This document shows, in pieces, positions 63,401 through 64,000 of a DNA stretch of 64,000 nt (positions are counted from its first letter, which is position 1; each line of letters begins with the position of its first letter). The notes beneath the pieces were generated by a model. It saw nothing but the letters and a program-made list of their open reading frames with translations, was not told the DNA's origin and searched no databases. Position numbers and translations under genes: made by a program. Origin of the DNA: Psilocybe cubensis (taxonomy: Eukaryota); the NCBI GenBank assembly GCA_017499595.2, contig CM039010.1, positions 1,798,001 to 1,862,000 of the forward strand, in the 5' to 3' direction.

Positions 63401-64000
63401 AGGGGGGTGTAATTTTTAACCCAATTGCGATGGGGTTTGAGAAGTTGCCCCTGTGTCTGCAATCCAATTGTCATTAGTTTGGGGTGAAATGGAAGAGGGA
63501 ACATTGGTATTAAGAGCATTTGCATTTCCAGCAAATTTCATTTCCTTGGACTCTTTTTCCTCACTAAATGCCTCTGAGGCCTTGTTTGCTCTGTTGCCTT
63601 TGCGAGCCGCTTTGACACACTCCCTTGCTTCCTTTTGCGCAGCAATGAACTTGTGACACTTGTCCATTGCATGGTTGGTCATATCACAAAATGCGCACTT
63701 GGGCTTGGATGCAGAAAGGGCTGGAGCGGTCTGGAATGCAGTGGCGAGTGCAGGCAACTCCGAAGCGTGGCGACGTCGCTGTATGTCCTCTGTGACAAAG
63801 GCTTGATGAATTGTAGCCTTGTCCAACTTGTCCAAAAGAAGAAGTGAGGATGCAAATGAACTGTATTCTTCTGGGAGTGCCCTGACCAGAGCAAGCAAAG
63901 CAAGCTCTTCATCAAGCTTAGCCAGATCAAACCCTTTAAGGCAAAGCTGCTGAATTAGCAAGATGGCTTGCTCAACTCTATTGATTAGGGTTTGAAGGTT
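60493..64000 (-). mobile_element. Second Copia family C copy in inverted orientation: 3' LTR 60493-60870; 5' end outside the window
   Basis: Reverse complement of about 53290-56110 plus an uninterrupted RNase H (ORF 60934-62070). PPT at 60871-60879. Confidence 0.95.

Overview
Eukaryotic DNA, almost certainly from an agaricomycete (mushroom-forming basidiomycete): short GT-AG introns of about 50 nt, plus Plavaka, KDZ and YR-retroelements. Bases 1-14.2 kb are gene-dense and hold three intron-containing genes: a 5'-truncated, very large Pro/Arg/Ser-rich coiled-coil protein (+), an alpha/beta-hydrolase with Ala at the nucleophile position (-), and a SNF5-family chromatin-remodelling subunit with a GATA-type zinc finger (-). 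Bases 14.2-64 kb are a nested, C-to-T-decayed transposon block. It contains three unrelated Ty1/Copia families, Gypsy remnants, a DIRS/Ngaro-type tyrosine-recombinase retroelement with introns inside a Plavaka transposase, a KDZ (CxC5/CxC6) transposase remnant convergent with a JmjC-like gene, a Tc1 DD34E element, a CAC-ended insertion and two palindromic-repeat arrays. The top finding is an architecture shared by the LTRs of all three Copia families: TATA, then a hairpin whose 3' arm covers a splice donor, then intron(s) whose 3' end is a pre-spliced duplicate of the upstream exon(s). This suggests a way to splice the 5' LTR, terminate in the 3' LTR and still regenerate the introns at reverse transcription. 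Swapped target-site duplications also point to an inversion between two inverted Copia copies. All family calls are by-eye motif recognition; no searches were run.
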